Source of the DNA: Dehalococcoidia bacterium
Lineage (GTDB): Bacteria; Chloroflexota; Dehalococcoidia; Lucifugimonadales; JAGWBF01
NCBI GenBank assembly: GCA_965248975.1
Contig: CBDFKU010000015.1
Span: 16,916 to 80,915, forward strand
Direction: 5' to 3'
Length of the DNA: 64,000 bases
Shown here: piece after piece, positions 54,022 through 63,101 of the stretch
Position numbering within the stretch: position 1 is the stretch's first letter
Layout of the letters: the number at the start of each line of letters is the position of its first letter
Translations under genes and position numbers: made by a program
The notes under the pieces: model-generated
What the model saw: the letters and a program-made list of their open reading frames with translations, nothing else
The model's database searches: none
Told to the model about the DNA's origin: nothing

Positions 54022-54046
54022 AGCCTGCCGGGATGCAGGCGAAGGA

Positions 54047-56065
54047 ATGAGCCAGGAACCACAAGACCCCGTCGAGGATAAACTCTCCGGAACACTTCTG
54101 GGCGGCTTTCAAGGCGTATCCAGGGCCCTGGGACCTTTGAGCACCACCTTTAGCCTGGCGGGCGCAGTCGCGCTACTGCTGGCTATAATCCTGCTCATCG
54201 TCGCCTACGACCTGAAGGTATACAGCTTCATACTTCTTGGTGTCGCCGCAGTCCTACTGTTGGCGTCGGCCATCATCTCCTTCCAGACAGTGAAGGAAGC
54301 GGTGACCAGCCGCCGCGGCAAATACGGAACCAACACCGCGATAATGGTGACCGCCTTCATCGGTCTGGTGGCCGTGGCGAATTTCCTGGCGGTCGAAAAC
54401 TTCAGCCGTATGGACGTGACGGCTACCAGCCAGTTCAGCATGGCGCCCCAGACCAAGGAGATCCTGAAAAACCTGGACCGGCCCATCAGGGCGACCGCCT
54501 TCTTCCTACCCGGCCGCACCGCAGAGGAAGATGTTTTCCTTGAGGTGCTTCGAGGCCAGGCGGACGACTTCCTCCGGGAGTTCGAGGCCCGCGCCGGCGA
54601 TTTCTCCTACGAGTTCGTCGATCCCGTTATCGAGCGGTTGGTGGCCGAGGAGTTGGATGCAACTATCTACCCTACTATAGTGTTCGTATCCAACCCCGAC
54701 GATGCCGACCAGAGAAAAAGACACGAGGTGAACCTCAACAGCTTTCTCACTTCAGGACGCCTGCCTTCCCTCGAGCAGGACTTTGTTACGGCACTGCTGA
54801 TAGTCACCGGACAAGAGCAAAAAGAGATCTACTTCTTAGCTGGCCATGAAGAGAAAGACGTTTTCAATGCGCAGCGTGGCACGGATGGACTCGGTATTGC
54901 CCGGGAGGCGATCCGCAGCGAGAACTACGCCGTCAATATCGTCTCCCTGTTCCAGGAGAACGAGCTGGTAAAGCTGTTCCCCGAACCGGATCCCGAAGGT
55001 AAACGAACGGTTAACATGCTGGTTGTGGCGGCGCCTCTGAGAGATCTCCTCGCGGGGGAGGCGGAGCTGATGGACCGGTACCTTAAGGAAGGCGGCCGAA
55101 TTCTGTTCCTGGTCGATTCGGGGTTCCCTCCCAGTTTCCTCGAGTTCCTCGAACGGTGGGGCGTCACCGTGGGTAATGGCCACATCGTCGACGAGAGGAG
55201 TCTCAGGGATAACCCCGAGATTGTGTCACTAACCAGAGGTTCCTCCTTTCTACCCGTCCCGGGCCTGGAACAAGTCACCGGTCTCTTGAGCAGCACATAC
55301 CACCCTGGGGTCACCTCCCTCATGCCAACCGAGGGCGTGGACTTTATACCGGATCTGACCGCCAACGGAGAAGCGCCGTCCGAAGAGAACCCGGAAGAGG
55401 AGCCGGAAACTCCCTCCTTCGTCCGCGGCGGCGCACTGGCCATCACCTCGGATAATAGCTGGCTGATAGAAGATATCGCGAGAAACGAGCCTAGCCCTGA
55501 CGAGGACACCCAAGGACCCTTCTTCCCCGCCGTGGCGATCATCGCTTTCAAGCCCCTCTTCCAGTTCAGCGTCGGACTGAGGTTCGAGGCAGAGCTGAGG
55601 AACGGACTGATATCCGAGGCCCTCGTCGGGGTGTTCGAGGAAAACGACCTGCCGCTCACCACCCTGGATACAGTGGCCACCGACGAGGAAGGGGCCAGGT
55701 GGCTCATAACCCACGGCTCGACCCGCTATGCGGTCCAGAAGCGGGGAGGGAAGCTAACGGTAGACCCCACTCCGGACGAAGACTTTGTCCCCATCTCCGC
55801 CCCCGGCTCGATAGTAGTTTTCGGCGATTCGGATTTCGCGAGCAACAATTATTTCGACGCCGTTAACAACGGCGACTTCTTCCTCAATTCCATCAACTGG
55901 CTCGTGGGCGACATACCCCTGGCCAGCATCAGACCGAAACAATTTGTGCTGCGCCAACTGAATTTGACGCCTAACGAGTTCAACTTCATGCGATACTCGG
56001 GCTGGCTCCTCCTCCCCGTCCTGATGGCGGTCCTCGGGGGCTTCGTCTGGTGGCGCAGACGCTAG
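54047..56065 (+). CDS. GldG-like ABC transporter auxiliary component (ABC_transp_aux family)
   Basis: 672 aa. N-terminal TM helices, a large extracytoplasmic domain, C-terminal TM plus WWRRR. Canonical position after GldA/GldF-like genes. Confidence 0.7.
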   Translation: MSQEPQDPVEDKLSGTLLGGFQGVSRALGPLSTTFSLAGAVALLLAIILLIVAYDLKVYSFILLGVAAVLLLASAIISFQTVKEAVTSRRGKYGTNTAIMVTAFIGLVAVANFLAVENFSRMDVTATSQFSMAPQTKEILKNLDRPIRATAFFLPGRTAEEDVFLEVLRGQADDFLREFEARAGDFSYEFVDPVIERLVAEELDATIYPTIVFVSNPDDADQRKRHEVNLNSFLTSGRLPSLEQDFVTALLIVTGQEQKEIYFLAGHEEKDVFNAQRGTDGLGIAREAIRSENYAVNIVSLFQENELVKLFPEPDPEGKRTVNMLVVAAPLRDLLAGEAELMDRYLKEGGRILFLVDSGFPPSFLEFLERWGVTVGNGHIVDERSLRDNPEIVSLTRGSSFLPVPGLEQVTGLLSSTYHPGVTSLMPTEGVDFIPDLTANGEAPSEENPEEEPETPSFVRGGALAITSDNSWLIEDIARNEPSPDEDTQGPFFPAVAIIAFKPLFQFSVGLRFEAELRNGLISEALVGVFEENDLPLTTLDTVATDEEGARWLITHGSTRYAVQKRGGKLTVDPTPDEDFVPISAPGSIVVFGDSDFASNNYFDAVNNGDFFLNSINWLVGDIPLASIRPKQFVLRQLNLTPNEFNFMRYSGWLLLPVLMAVLGGFVWWRRR

Positions 56066-56105
56066 ATAGCGTCTCTGGATCCAACCAAAGTTTGGTGACA
56101 GGAAC

Positions 56106-57056
56106 ATGAACGTACGCTTGTCCTTTCTGTTGGTGGCGGTTCTGCTGGTCGTCGGTGGCGCGGTCGTCATCACCCAGGTGGTGCTGGACGAAAAGGAGAG
56201 CAGACCCCAGGTCGACTGGATCTACAAGATGGACGTAGACGACATCTACGGCATATCCGTCGTTCATGAAGACGCCCTGCAGGGTTACGAGCGGCAGGAA
56301 GATGGTCAGTGGGTCATCGTGGACGGCGACGATACTCCGGTTTTCCAGCCGAAGTGGTCAGGCACCACCCTGCTCCTCAGCGGGCCCCGGGGCAGCCGCC
56401 AGGTGTCCGATACCATCGACGACCCGGCCAAATACGGGCTGGTGGACCCGCAGACCACCGTACAGGTAATCGACAGGAGCGGAGTCCCCCTAGTCTTCCA
56501 CCTGGGCGCCCCGACGGCCAGCGGCAAAGACTGGTACGCCAGGGTAGTGGGCTCCGAAAAGCTCTTCACGGTGAACGCCGAGTGGGCCAAGGTAGTCACG
56601 GATCTGGCGATAGTTCCCCCTTACGAGCCCACCCCTCTTACGCTGAACATAGATCATCTGTCGCGCCTCTCTGTCACTCATGAGGAGACGAAGATAGAGT
56701 TTTTCGTTCTGGGCGACGAGTGGGTGGTCCGGGAAGAAGGCAGTCCCAGGGTGGACACGGACAAGTGGGCCGACACCATGGAGCTTCTGAGGGATCCCAG
56801 ATTGAGCCGTGTGGTGTCGGAGACGATCGACGATCCAGCGGAGTATGGGTTGGAAGAGCCCCAGACCACCGTCAGCGCGGACATCACGGAGCCTTCAGGT
56901 CAGAAAGTGTTTCACCTGGGAGGCCCGACCCCCGACGGGACCGAGTGGTACGTGAGCATAGACGGCTCCGAGGAGCTGTTCGCCGTGGTCGCCGCCATCA
57001 GAGAAGGGCTCTTGAAGCTGCTGTTGGAGCCCCCCTACAAAGCCGAAGCCGCCTGA
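56106..57056 (+). CDS. DUF4340-like protein (N-terminal anchor, repeated DDPAKYGL/DDPAEYGL modules)
   Basis: 316 aa. Signal-anchor MNVRLSFLLVAVLLVVGG. Internal repeat ...DTIDDPAKYGLVDPQTTV.../...ETIDDPAEYGLEEPQTTV... typical of DUF4340 proteins that follow GldG. Confidence 0.6.
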   Translation: MNVRLSFLLVAVLLVVGGAVVITQVVLDEKESRPQVDWIYKMDVDDIYGISVVHEDALQGYERQEDGQWVIVDGDDTPVFQPKWSGTTLLLSGPRGSRQVSDTIDDPAKYGLVDPQTTVQVIDRSGVPLVFHLGAPTASGKDWYARVVGSEKLFTVNAEWAKVVTDLAIVPPYEPTPLTLNIDHLSRLSVTHEETKIEFFVLGDEWVVREEGSPRVDTDKWADTMELLRDPRLSRVVSETIDDPAEYGLEEPQTTVSADITEPSGQKVFHLGGPTPDGTEWYVSIDGSEELFAVVAAIREGLLKLLLEPPYKAEAA

Positions 57057-57138
57057 GCCTCTTAAAGCGTCTGGTTCCTCGACCGGCCGTCTCGGCGGTG
57101 GTGTCCACCCAGGCTTACCTACCGCCAAAGGAGTCTCC

Positions 57139-58368
57139 ATGAACGCCGAGGTCATCTCCATCGGGACCGAGCTGTTGATGGGCGAGATCACCGATACCAA
57201 CGCCTCTTTCATCGCCTCGCAGCTGCCTCCGTTGGGCATCCGTTTACAACGGGTTTCCCAGCTGGGAGACGACCTGGACGTACTGAGCGAGGCCTTCAGC
57301 CGCGGATTGGACCGTTCCGACATCGTATTTACCACCGGCGGGCTGGGTCCCACCAAAGACGACCTCACCCGCGAGGCGATAGCCAGGGCCCTGGGCCAAG
57401 AGATGGTCGTACAGGACGACCTTCTGCAGCACTTGAAGGGATATTTCCACAACCGCGGCTGGGAGATGCCCGCCACCAACATAAAGCAGGCCACGCTGAT
57501 TCCTTCAGCCCAATCCATCCCAAATCGACTAGGCACGGCGCCCGGATGGTGGGTGGAGCAGGACGGTAAGATCATCGTTTCAATGCCCGGTCCACCTTCG
57601 GAGCTGCACGGTATCTGGGACGAAGAGGTGGTGCCCAGGCTGCGGCAGAAGGTCCGAGGCGAGGTCATCATCACCCGAACCATAAAGACGACCGGCCTCT
57701 CCGAAGGCGGCCTGGACGAGATGGTTTCCCAGTACCTGGGCGGTGAGAACCCCTATCTCGGCATCTACGCTAAATCCGACGGTATCCACCTTCGGATCAT
57801 AGCCCGGGCCCCGGACGAAGAGGCGGCCAGACGTCTCGTCGAGCCGGTGGAGCTAGGCCTGGTTTCCTTGGTCGGCCCCTACGTCTGGGGTTACGACGAC
57901 GTTACGCCCCAGCAGGAGGTGGCCGGCCTGCTGGCCACCAAAGGCCTTACCCTGGCTACCATGGAGTCGGGCACCGGGGGATTGCTGGCCAACACTATCA
58001 GCGATGTTCCGGGGAACGGCTACTGTTTTCGCGGTGGCATCGTGATCCACGATACGGAGTCGGCCATCTCAGGGGGCGTCCCGGTTGCGGTGGTGGGTGC
58101 CCACGGCCTCGTGAGCGAAGAAGCAGCGGTAGCCATGAGCCGCACCGCCATGGAACGGCTGGAAGCAGACATCGGCATAGGGTTATCCGGTGTCGTCGGG
58201 CCCGAGGAGGTAGAGGGGAAGCCGGTGGGGAGGGTCCACACGGCCATCGTTATGGCAGACTGGGCCCTGCATTTTTCCTCGGAGCTGCCACCCCGCAGGC
58301 CGATCGTAAAGAGCCGCGCGGTGGCAAACGCCTTGATCGAGCTGAGACGGCTGCTCAATTCACTGTAG
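57139..58368 (+). CDS. cinA: CinA family protein (MoCF-like domain + nicotinamide-nucleotide amidohydrolase PncC domain)
   Basis: MNAEVISIGTELLMGEITDTNASFIA N-terminus. C-terminal TMESGTGGLLA PncC motif. Confidence 0.88.
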   Translation: MNAEVISIGTELLMGEITDTNASFIASQLPPLGIRLQRVSQLGDDLDVLSEAFSRGLDRSDIVFTTGGLGPTKDDLTREAIARALGQEMVVQDDLLQHLKGYFHNRGWEMPATNIKQATLIPSAQSIPNRLGTAPGWWVEQDGKIIVSMPGPPSELHGIWDEEVVPRLRQKVRGEVIITRTIKTTGLSEGGLDEMVSQYLGGENPYLGIYAKSDGIHLRIIARAPDEEAARRLVEPVELGLVSLVGPYVWGYDDVTPQQEVAGLLATKGLTLATMESGTGGLLANTISDVPGNGYCFRGGIVIHDTESAISGGVPVAVVGAHGLVSEEAAVAMSRTAMERLEADIGIGLSGVVGPEEVEGKPVGRVHTAIVMADWALHFSSELPPRRPIVKSRAVANALIELRRLLNSL

Positions 58369-58426
58369 CCGGCTCCCTTTCCGGGTGCCTGATACAGCGC
58401 TCGCACATAGCAAGGGGAGGCTGACG

Positions 58427-59711
58427 GTGGACCCACAGCGGCCACCGAGGAAACCCACCGATCGCAGGTTCCTTACCCGACTTGTGTCCGAAATTCAGGC
58501 CTGGCAGGACCAGGGCATCATAACCCCGGAACAGGGCCGGGCATTGATCTCCAGCTACGGGATCTCTCCGGAGTTGGCCGCCTCCCACAGAGCCTACGGT
58601 CGCCTGGTCACCATCCTCGCAATCATGGGAGCGATCCTCATAGGGCTGGGGATCGTCCTGTTTTTCGCTTCTAACCGTCAGGACATCCTCCCCAGTGGGG
58701 CGAAGCTGGCCCTGGTCATGATAGGAATGCTGGCCGCCTACGGGCTTGGCTACTGGCTGAGGTATACCCGCGATTATCTACGGGTGGGGACTGCCGTGAT
58801 CCTGCCTGGCAACGTTGGTATACGGCGCAGGGATACACCTGGTGGCCCAGGTCTACAACTTCCCGGTCAATGACCCCAGGCTTTTCTCCTTCTGGTTTCT
58901 CGGCGTCCTGCCTCTGGCCTACCTTACCCGGTCCGCGGCCATCCTCGCCCTGGCCATCGGCCTTTTCTTGGCAGCAACCGGCTTCCACATCCCCAATTGG
59001 CTGGACGGCATCGGCTATGGCGATCGCGGGGAGGTGATCGCGGCTACCGCACTGTTCCTGAACCTGGGAATCATGCTGTTCGCCCTGGGCCGGTTCCAGG
59101 CCTTCCATAGCCTCACCCGGGCCTACGCCCAGATGTACGAGACCCTTGGGCTGCTCACCGTCCTTGCCGCCGTTTACCTACTCTCCTTCCGTTTCTGGTT
59201 CGAGGATCTCGGCCGTGGGTTCCACCGCCTGGACGTGGACATCGCCACGGGGTTCTGGGTGCTGTTTTACGTGTCCGCGGTAGCGGGGGTGACCCTTTTC
59301 GCGGCCAGCATAGCCATTCAACTCCGGCGACAGCGGACGTTGATGACCCTGCCTTACGAGGCCGCGGCCGGGCTCTTGATGTTGATCGGGGCCTTCCTTC
59401 TGTCGTACCTGGAGGTCGGCAGCGACGTGTTTTACCCCATCGTGTTCAACGCACTGCTGCTCCTAAGCATCGTCGGACTGGTTTTCGGGGGCTATTTCCG
59501 GGAGCGGGGCCAGTGGGTCAACGTCGCCCTGGTTTTCTTCGGACTGGGCGTGATAAGCAGGTACTTCGAGTTCGGCTGGAGCCTGTTAGACCGGTCCCTG
59601 GTCTTTATCGTGGCCGGGATTATTCTCCTGGTGGGCGGATTCTTCCTGGAGCAGGGCCGGAGGAAGATGTTCCGGAGGATGGGCGCCCAAGGTGGATACC
59701 ATGTGCCCTAA
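58427..59711 (+). pseudogene. DUF2157-like polytopic membrane protein interrupted by a 1-nt frameshift near 58805
   Basis: Frame 2 reads ...YLRVGTAVIL (to 58804). Frame 0 continues LATLVYGAGIHLVAQVYNF... from 58806. Removing one C at about 58805 restores one continuous TM-rich protein. GTG 58427 is preceded by GGGGAGG. Confidence 0.7.
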
Positions 59712-60207
59712 GTTCAGATTGGCCTTCGGAGTCGTGCTGGCCGCCCAGGTGATCCTGCTGCTAGGACTGATCGGGGACAAGGAGTACATCCTTCGTACCG
59801 GCACTGACGTGGTGCTACAGACCATCCCGGTAGACCCCAGGTCCCTGCTGCAGGGTGACATCGCCATCCTCGACTACGAAGTAGCCCGCCTTCGCTCGGG
59901 CACCAGCTATCCTGAAGGTGTCACATGGTACGTCACGCTGGTGGAGGGAGAGGAAGTATGGGTCGCGGAGGATTACTCAACCAAGCGCCCCTCCGCCGAC
60001 AACGTTTTCATCAAGGGAACCGTCGAACGCAACGGGATACTGGACTTCGGCATCGGAACCTACTTCGTGCCTGAGGGCACTGGACATATCATAGAGGGGG
60101 CCGTGGACATCAAGGTCGTAGTCTCGGTCAGCGGATCGGGCAGGTCCGTTATCCAAGAGGTGCTGGTTGATGGCGAATCCTTCGACCCCAGCCTTCGGTC
60201 CGATTAG
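59692..60207 (+). CDS. GDYXXLXY-domain membrane-anchored protein
   Basis: 171 aa. N-terminal TM, the motif LQGDIAILDYEV (G-D-x-x-x-L-x-Y), and a later FVPEG. It overlaps the preceding gene end by 20 nt. Confidence 0.7.
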   Translation: MDTMCPKFRLAFGVVLAAQVILLLGLIGDKEYILRTGTDVVLQTIPVDPRSLLQGDIAILDYEVARLRSGTSYPEGVTWYVTLVEGEEVWVAEDYSTKRPSADNVFIKGTVERNGILDFGIGTYFVPEGTGHIIEGAVDIKVVVSVSGSGRSVIQEVLVDGESFDPSLRSD

Positions 60208-60503
60208 CACCCCATCAGTGGTTCCCGCTCGCCCTGAACTGAGGGTCGGTGCTCACACACCGGCTGCGCCGCCGCTGCAAAGTGGACCCCACGCTGCCTC
60301 CTCCCGAACGTTGCGGCCCGATTTTCTGGCTAAAGAGCCAACAATACTACCAAGTCATACTAATGGTGGGTGAGGGAATCATTAGAATAGCCGATGCCGC
60401 CTGGAACAAGCCATACGTATTATAGTAGCTGTAGAGCGGTTAATGGCGAGGGTGCTTACCTGAGGGCGTTTCAATGATTCTCAACTAAGATAGGAGGCAC
60501 TGC

Positions 60504-60752
60504 ATGGCAGATCTTAAGATCAGGATATTCAAAGGTGGCGCGATAGACCCGGAAACCACTGTCACCGTCCCTGGCGGAGTCCTGAAGGTGGCGTCGAAGT
60601 TCATCCCCGAGCAGGCAGCTTCTGCTCTTCAGGAGAAGGGGATCGACCTAAATGAGCTGGTTCGACTCTCACAGAGGCCCGACGTGCAGGGGACTCCTGT
60701 CGAGGTCGAGGAGCACAAGAAGGGCAAGAGGGTCGTCATAACCGATGAGTAA
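60504..60752 (+). CDS. small hypothetical protein translationally coupled to the ABC ATPase
   Basis: 82 aa. Strong SD TAGGAGG. The stop overlaps the next start (ATGAGTAA). No family recognised. Confidence 0.55.
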   Translation: MADLKIRIFKGGAIDPETTVTVPGGVLKVASKFIPEQAASALQEKGIDLNELVRLSQRPDVQGTPVEVEEHKKGKRVVITDE

Positions 60753-61688
60753 GCCTCACGTAGAAGCTGACCATTCGACTCGTGCCCTCGAGATAAACGA
60801 AGTCACGAAAGTATACGGTCGCCGTACGGTGGTCGACAAGGTTTCCCTCATGGTGGAGCGCGGCGAGATTTTGGCTTGGTTGGCCCCAATGGCTCTGGCA
60901 AGACGACTACAATTCGCATGGCATTAGACATCATCCGTCCGGACGCAGGTCGAGTGAGCCTCTTGGGAGGAATGCCCACGCGGGATGCACTGATGCGCAT
61001 CGGGTACCTGCCGGAGGAGCGGGGGCTGTACCGGAAGGAACGGGTGCTGGACATCCTGCGCTATTTCGGACGGCTCAAGGGGCTGGCCGCCAACATAGCC
61101 GAAGCGAGGGCGGAGCAGATGCTCAGGCGCGTCGGTCTCCACGAATATCGTTTCTCGAAGGTGGGATCCCTCTCCCGTGGTATGAGCCAGCTAGTGCAGT
61201 TCGCCGGGGCGCTAATCCACGAGCCCGACTTGATCATCCTGGACGAGCCCTTCTCCGGCCTCGATCTGCTCAACATGCGGCTAATCAAGGAGATCATCAG
61301 GGAGCAACAGGAGCGCGGCGCGGCGATCATATTCAGTACCCACATAATGCCGGATGTCGAGGAGCTGTGCGAACGGGTACTCCTGATCAGCGATGGTGAA
61401 GTCCTCCTGTACGGGCGACTGGACGAGCTAAAGAGGTCCAGGGGCTCCCGTTGCGTCCGCGTGGTAGCGGAGCGGCAACCCGACGGGATAATGACAGAAG
61501 TGTTACAAGCCGAGCGCCGCAACGGCCACTTTCAATATCTGCTGAGCAAGGGGGTGGAGCCCGACGCAGTGCTTCGGTCGTTCCTGAACGCCGGCATTTC
61601 GATAGAGCGGTTCGAGGTGGCCTTGCCGACTTTGAGCGAAATCTTCGTCGAGGAGGTGAGCCATGCTCGGAACTCTAACAGAAATTAG
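60745..61688 (+). pseudogene. ABC transporter ATP-binding protein (NatA/DUF4162-type) with a 1-nt frameshift in a T run just before Walker A
   Basis: Frame 1 reads ...VSLMVERGEI (to 60870). Frame 0 reads FGLVGPNGSGKTTTIRM from 60870. One extra T in TTTT (60869-60872) would give the canonical GEIFGLVGPNGSGKTT. Downstream LSRGMSQ and IILDEP are intact. Confidence 0.75.
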
Positions 61689-62895
61689 GACGATCTTCGC
61701 GGAGGAGTTCCGGCGGGCAATCCAGCGCAAGAGCTACCGCATACTGACCCTGGCTGTCCCGGTCGTCCTGCTGATCCTGCTTGTTGCGGTCTCGGTCATC
61801 AGGATCGGGGACGATGACGAAGACCGCGATAAAGACCAAGATCAGATCGGCATTCTGGAACTCTCTGGCGAGCTAGCGGTAGATGCAGACACGGTGTCAG
61901 GGTTTCAGATATATCAGGATCGAGAGTCAGGGATAGCTGCACTGCTGGCTGACGAGATCAAAGGGTTCTTCGTTATTCCGGAGGACTATTTGGCCACTGG
62001 GACGGTCGAATGGCTTGATCCTGACGCCGGCATCATTCCCAGCGGGTCCATGAGGGGCAGAGTTCGGGAGTTTCTGAGGGCTGCACTGGTTGCTGACGCT
62101 CTGGCGCCGGAGCTGGTTAAGCGAATGCTCGATCCGGCCGACTTCGACCGCATCAAGGTCAATGAAGACGGTTCGATCGATAAGGACCCGGACGGGGCTG
62201 GCCGCATCCTGATCCCACTCCTATTTGGTGGGCTACTGATGTTCGGGATCATGATCGGCGGCAACATCCTGCTCAATAGCGTCTCCGAAGAGAAGGAGAC
62301 CCGCATGATCGAGGTACTCCTGACTTCTGTCTCGCCGCTTGCGGTGATGGTTGGCAAGGTCCTTGCCCTGGGTGCGACTGGCCTCATCCAGATCGCCGTG
62401 TGGGTGGCCTCGGTGGCGATCATCGGTCCCCACATCTTCGATCAAATCCCGGATGCTGGCCAGTTGGCCATTGAGCCAAGAATCCTGGCCATCGTGATCG
62501 GGTTTTTCCTGACTGGGTACTTGGTGTTTGCCGCGACGATGGCCGGTATCGGCGCGGCGACTACCTCTAAGGAAGAAGGTTCACAGATCTCCCTGATAGT
62601 CACCTTGCCCAGCTTTATCCCGGTGTGGTTCCTTGAGACGATCCTCGATAACCCAGACGGTGGGCTTTCCCGGCTTTTCTCATTCATTCCGTTCACAGCA
62701 CCGGTGACGATGATGATCCGGCTGGCTGGGTCAGATGTCCCGCTCTGGGAGGTCTTGGCGAGCCTTGCCGTGTTACTACTGACCGGTGTGGCTCTGCTCT
62801 GGGTATCAGCGCGGGTGTTCCGAGCTGGGCTGCTGATGTACGGCCAACGGATGAGCCTCCCTGGCGTGTTCGCTGCTCTGCGCCGGGCGGGCTAG
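61663..62895 (+). CDS. ABC-2 family transporter permease (NatB-like)
   Basis: 410 aa. N-terminal TM, large periplasmic loop, then 5 C-terminal TM with SEEKETRMIEVLLTS, the ABC-2 NatB-type motif. Confidence 0.8.
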   Translation: MLGTLTEIRTIFAEEFRRAIQRKSYRILTLAVPVVLLILLVAVSVIRIGDDDEDRDKDQDQIGILELSGELAVDADTVSGFQIYQDRESGIAALLADEIKGFFVIPEDYLATGTVEWLDPDAGIIPSGSMRGRVREFLRAALVADALAPELVKRMLDPADFDRIKVNEDGSIDKDPDGAGRILIPLLFGGLLMFGIMIGGNILLNSVSEEKETRMIEVLLTSVSPLAVMVGKVLALGATGLIQIAVWVASVAIIGPHIFDQIPDAGQLAIEPRILAIVIGFFLTGYLVFAATMAGIGAATTSKEEGSQISLIVTLPSFIPVWFLETILDNPDGGLSRLFSFIPFTAPVTMMIRLAGSDVPLWEVLASLAVLLLTGVALLWVSARVFRAGLLMYGQRMSLPGVFAALRRAG

Positions 62896-63101
62896 AATCG
62901 CATATCCGGGCCAAGATGACGAAGCTCCTAGTACCGGAAAGAACACTTGGTATATTCTGGACATCTTGGGAAAACTTTTTGCTGATATGCTGCTGCCCTT
63001 ACTGGACAATTCAGCAAATTGAACTGGGTTGAGAAACAGATGGAGCTAGAAGAAGTCTTCTGTCTCTTGAGTGACCGGTTCCTCGTTGCTGGATAATTGG
63101 C

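Noticed and set aside
58797-58799. In-frame TGA upstream of the second DUF2157 fragment, considered as a possible Sec codon because selC is in the window
   Set aside because: Frame 0 has further stops just upstream (for example TGA in GGC TGA GGT). The protein sequence continues seamlessly from frame 2 into frame 0, so a 1-nt indel explains it. There is no Cys-homolog context or SECIS-like hairpin.
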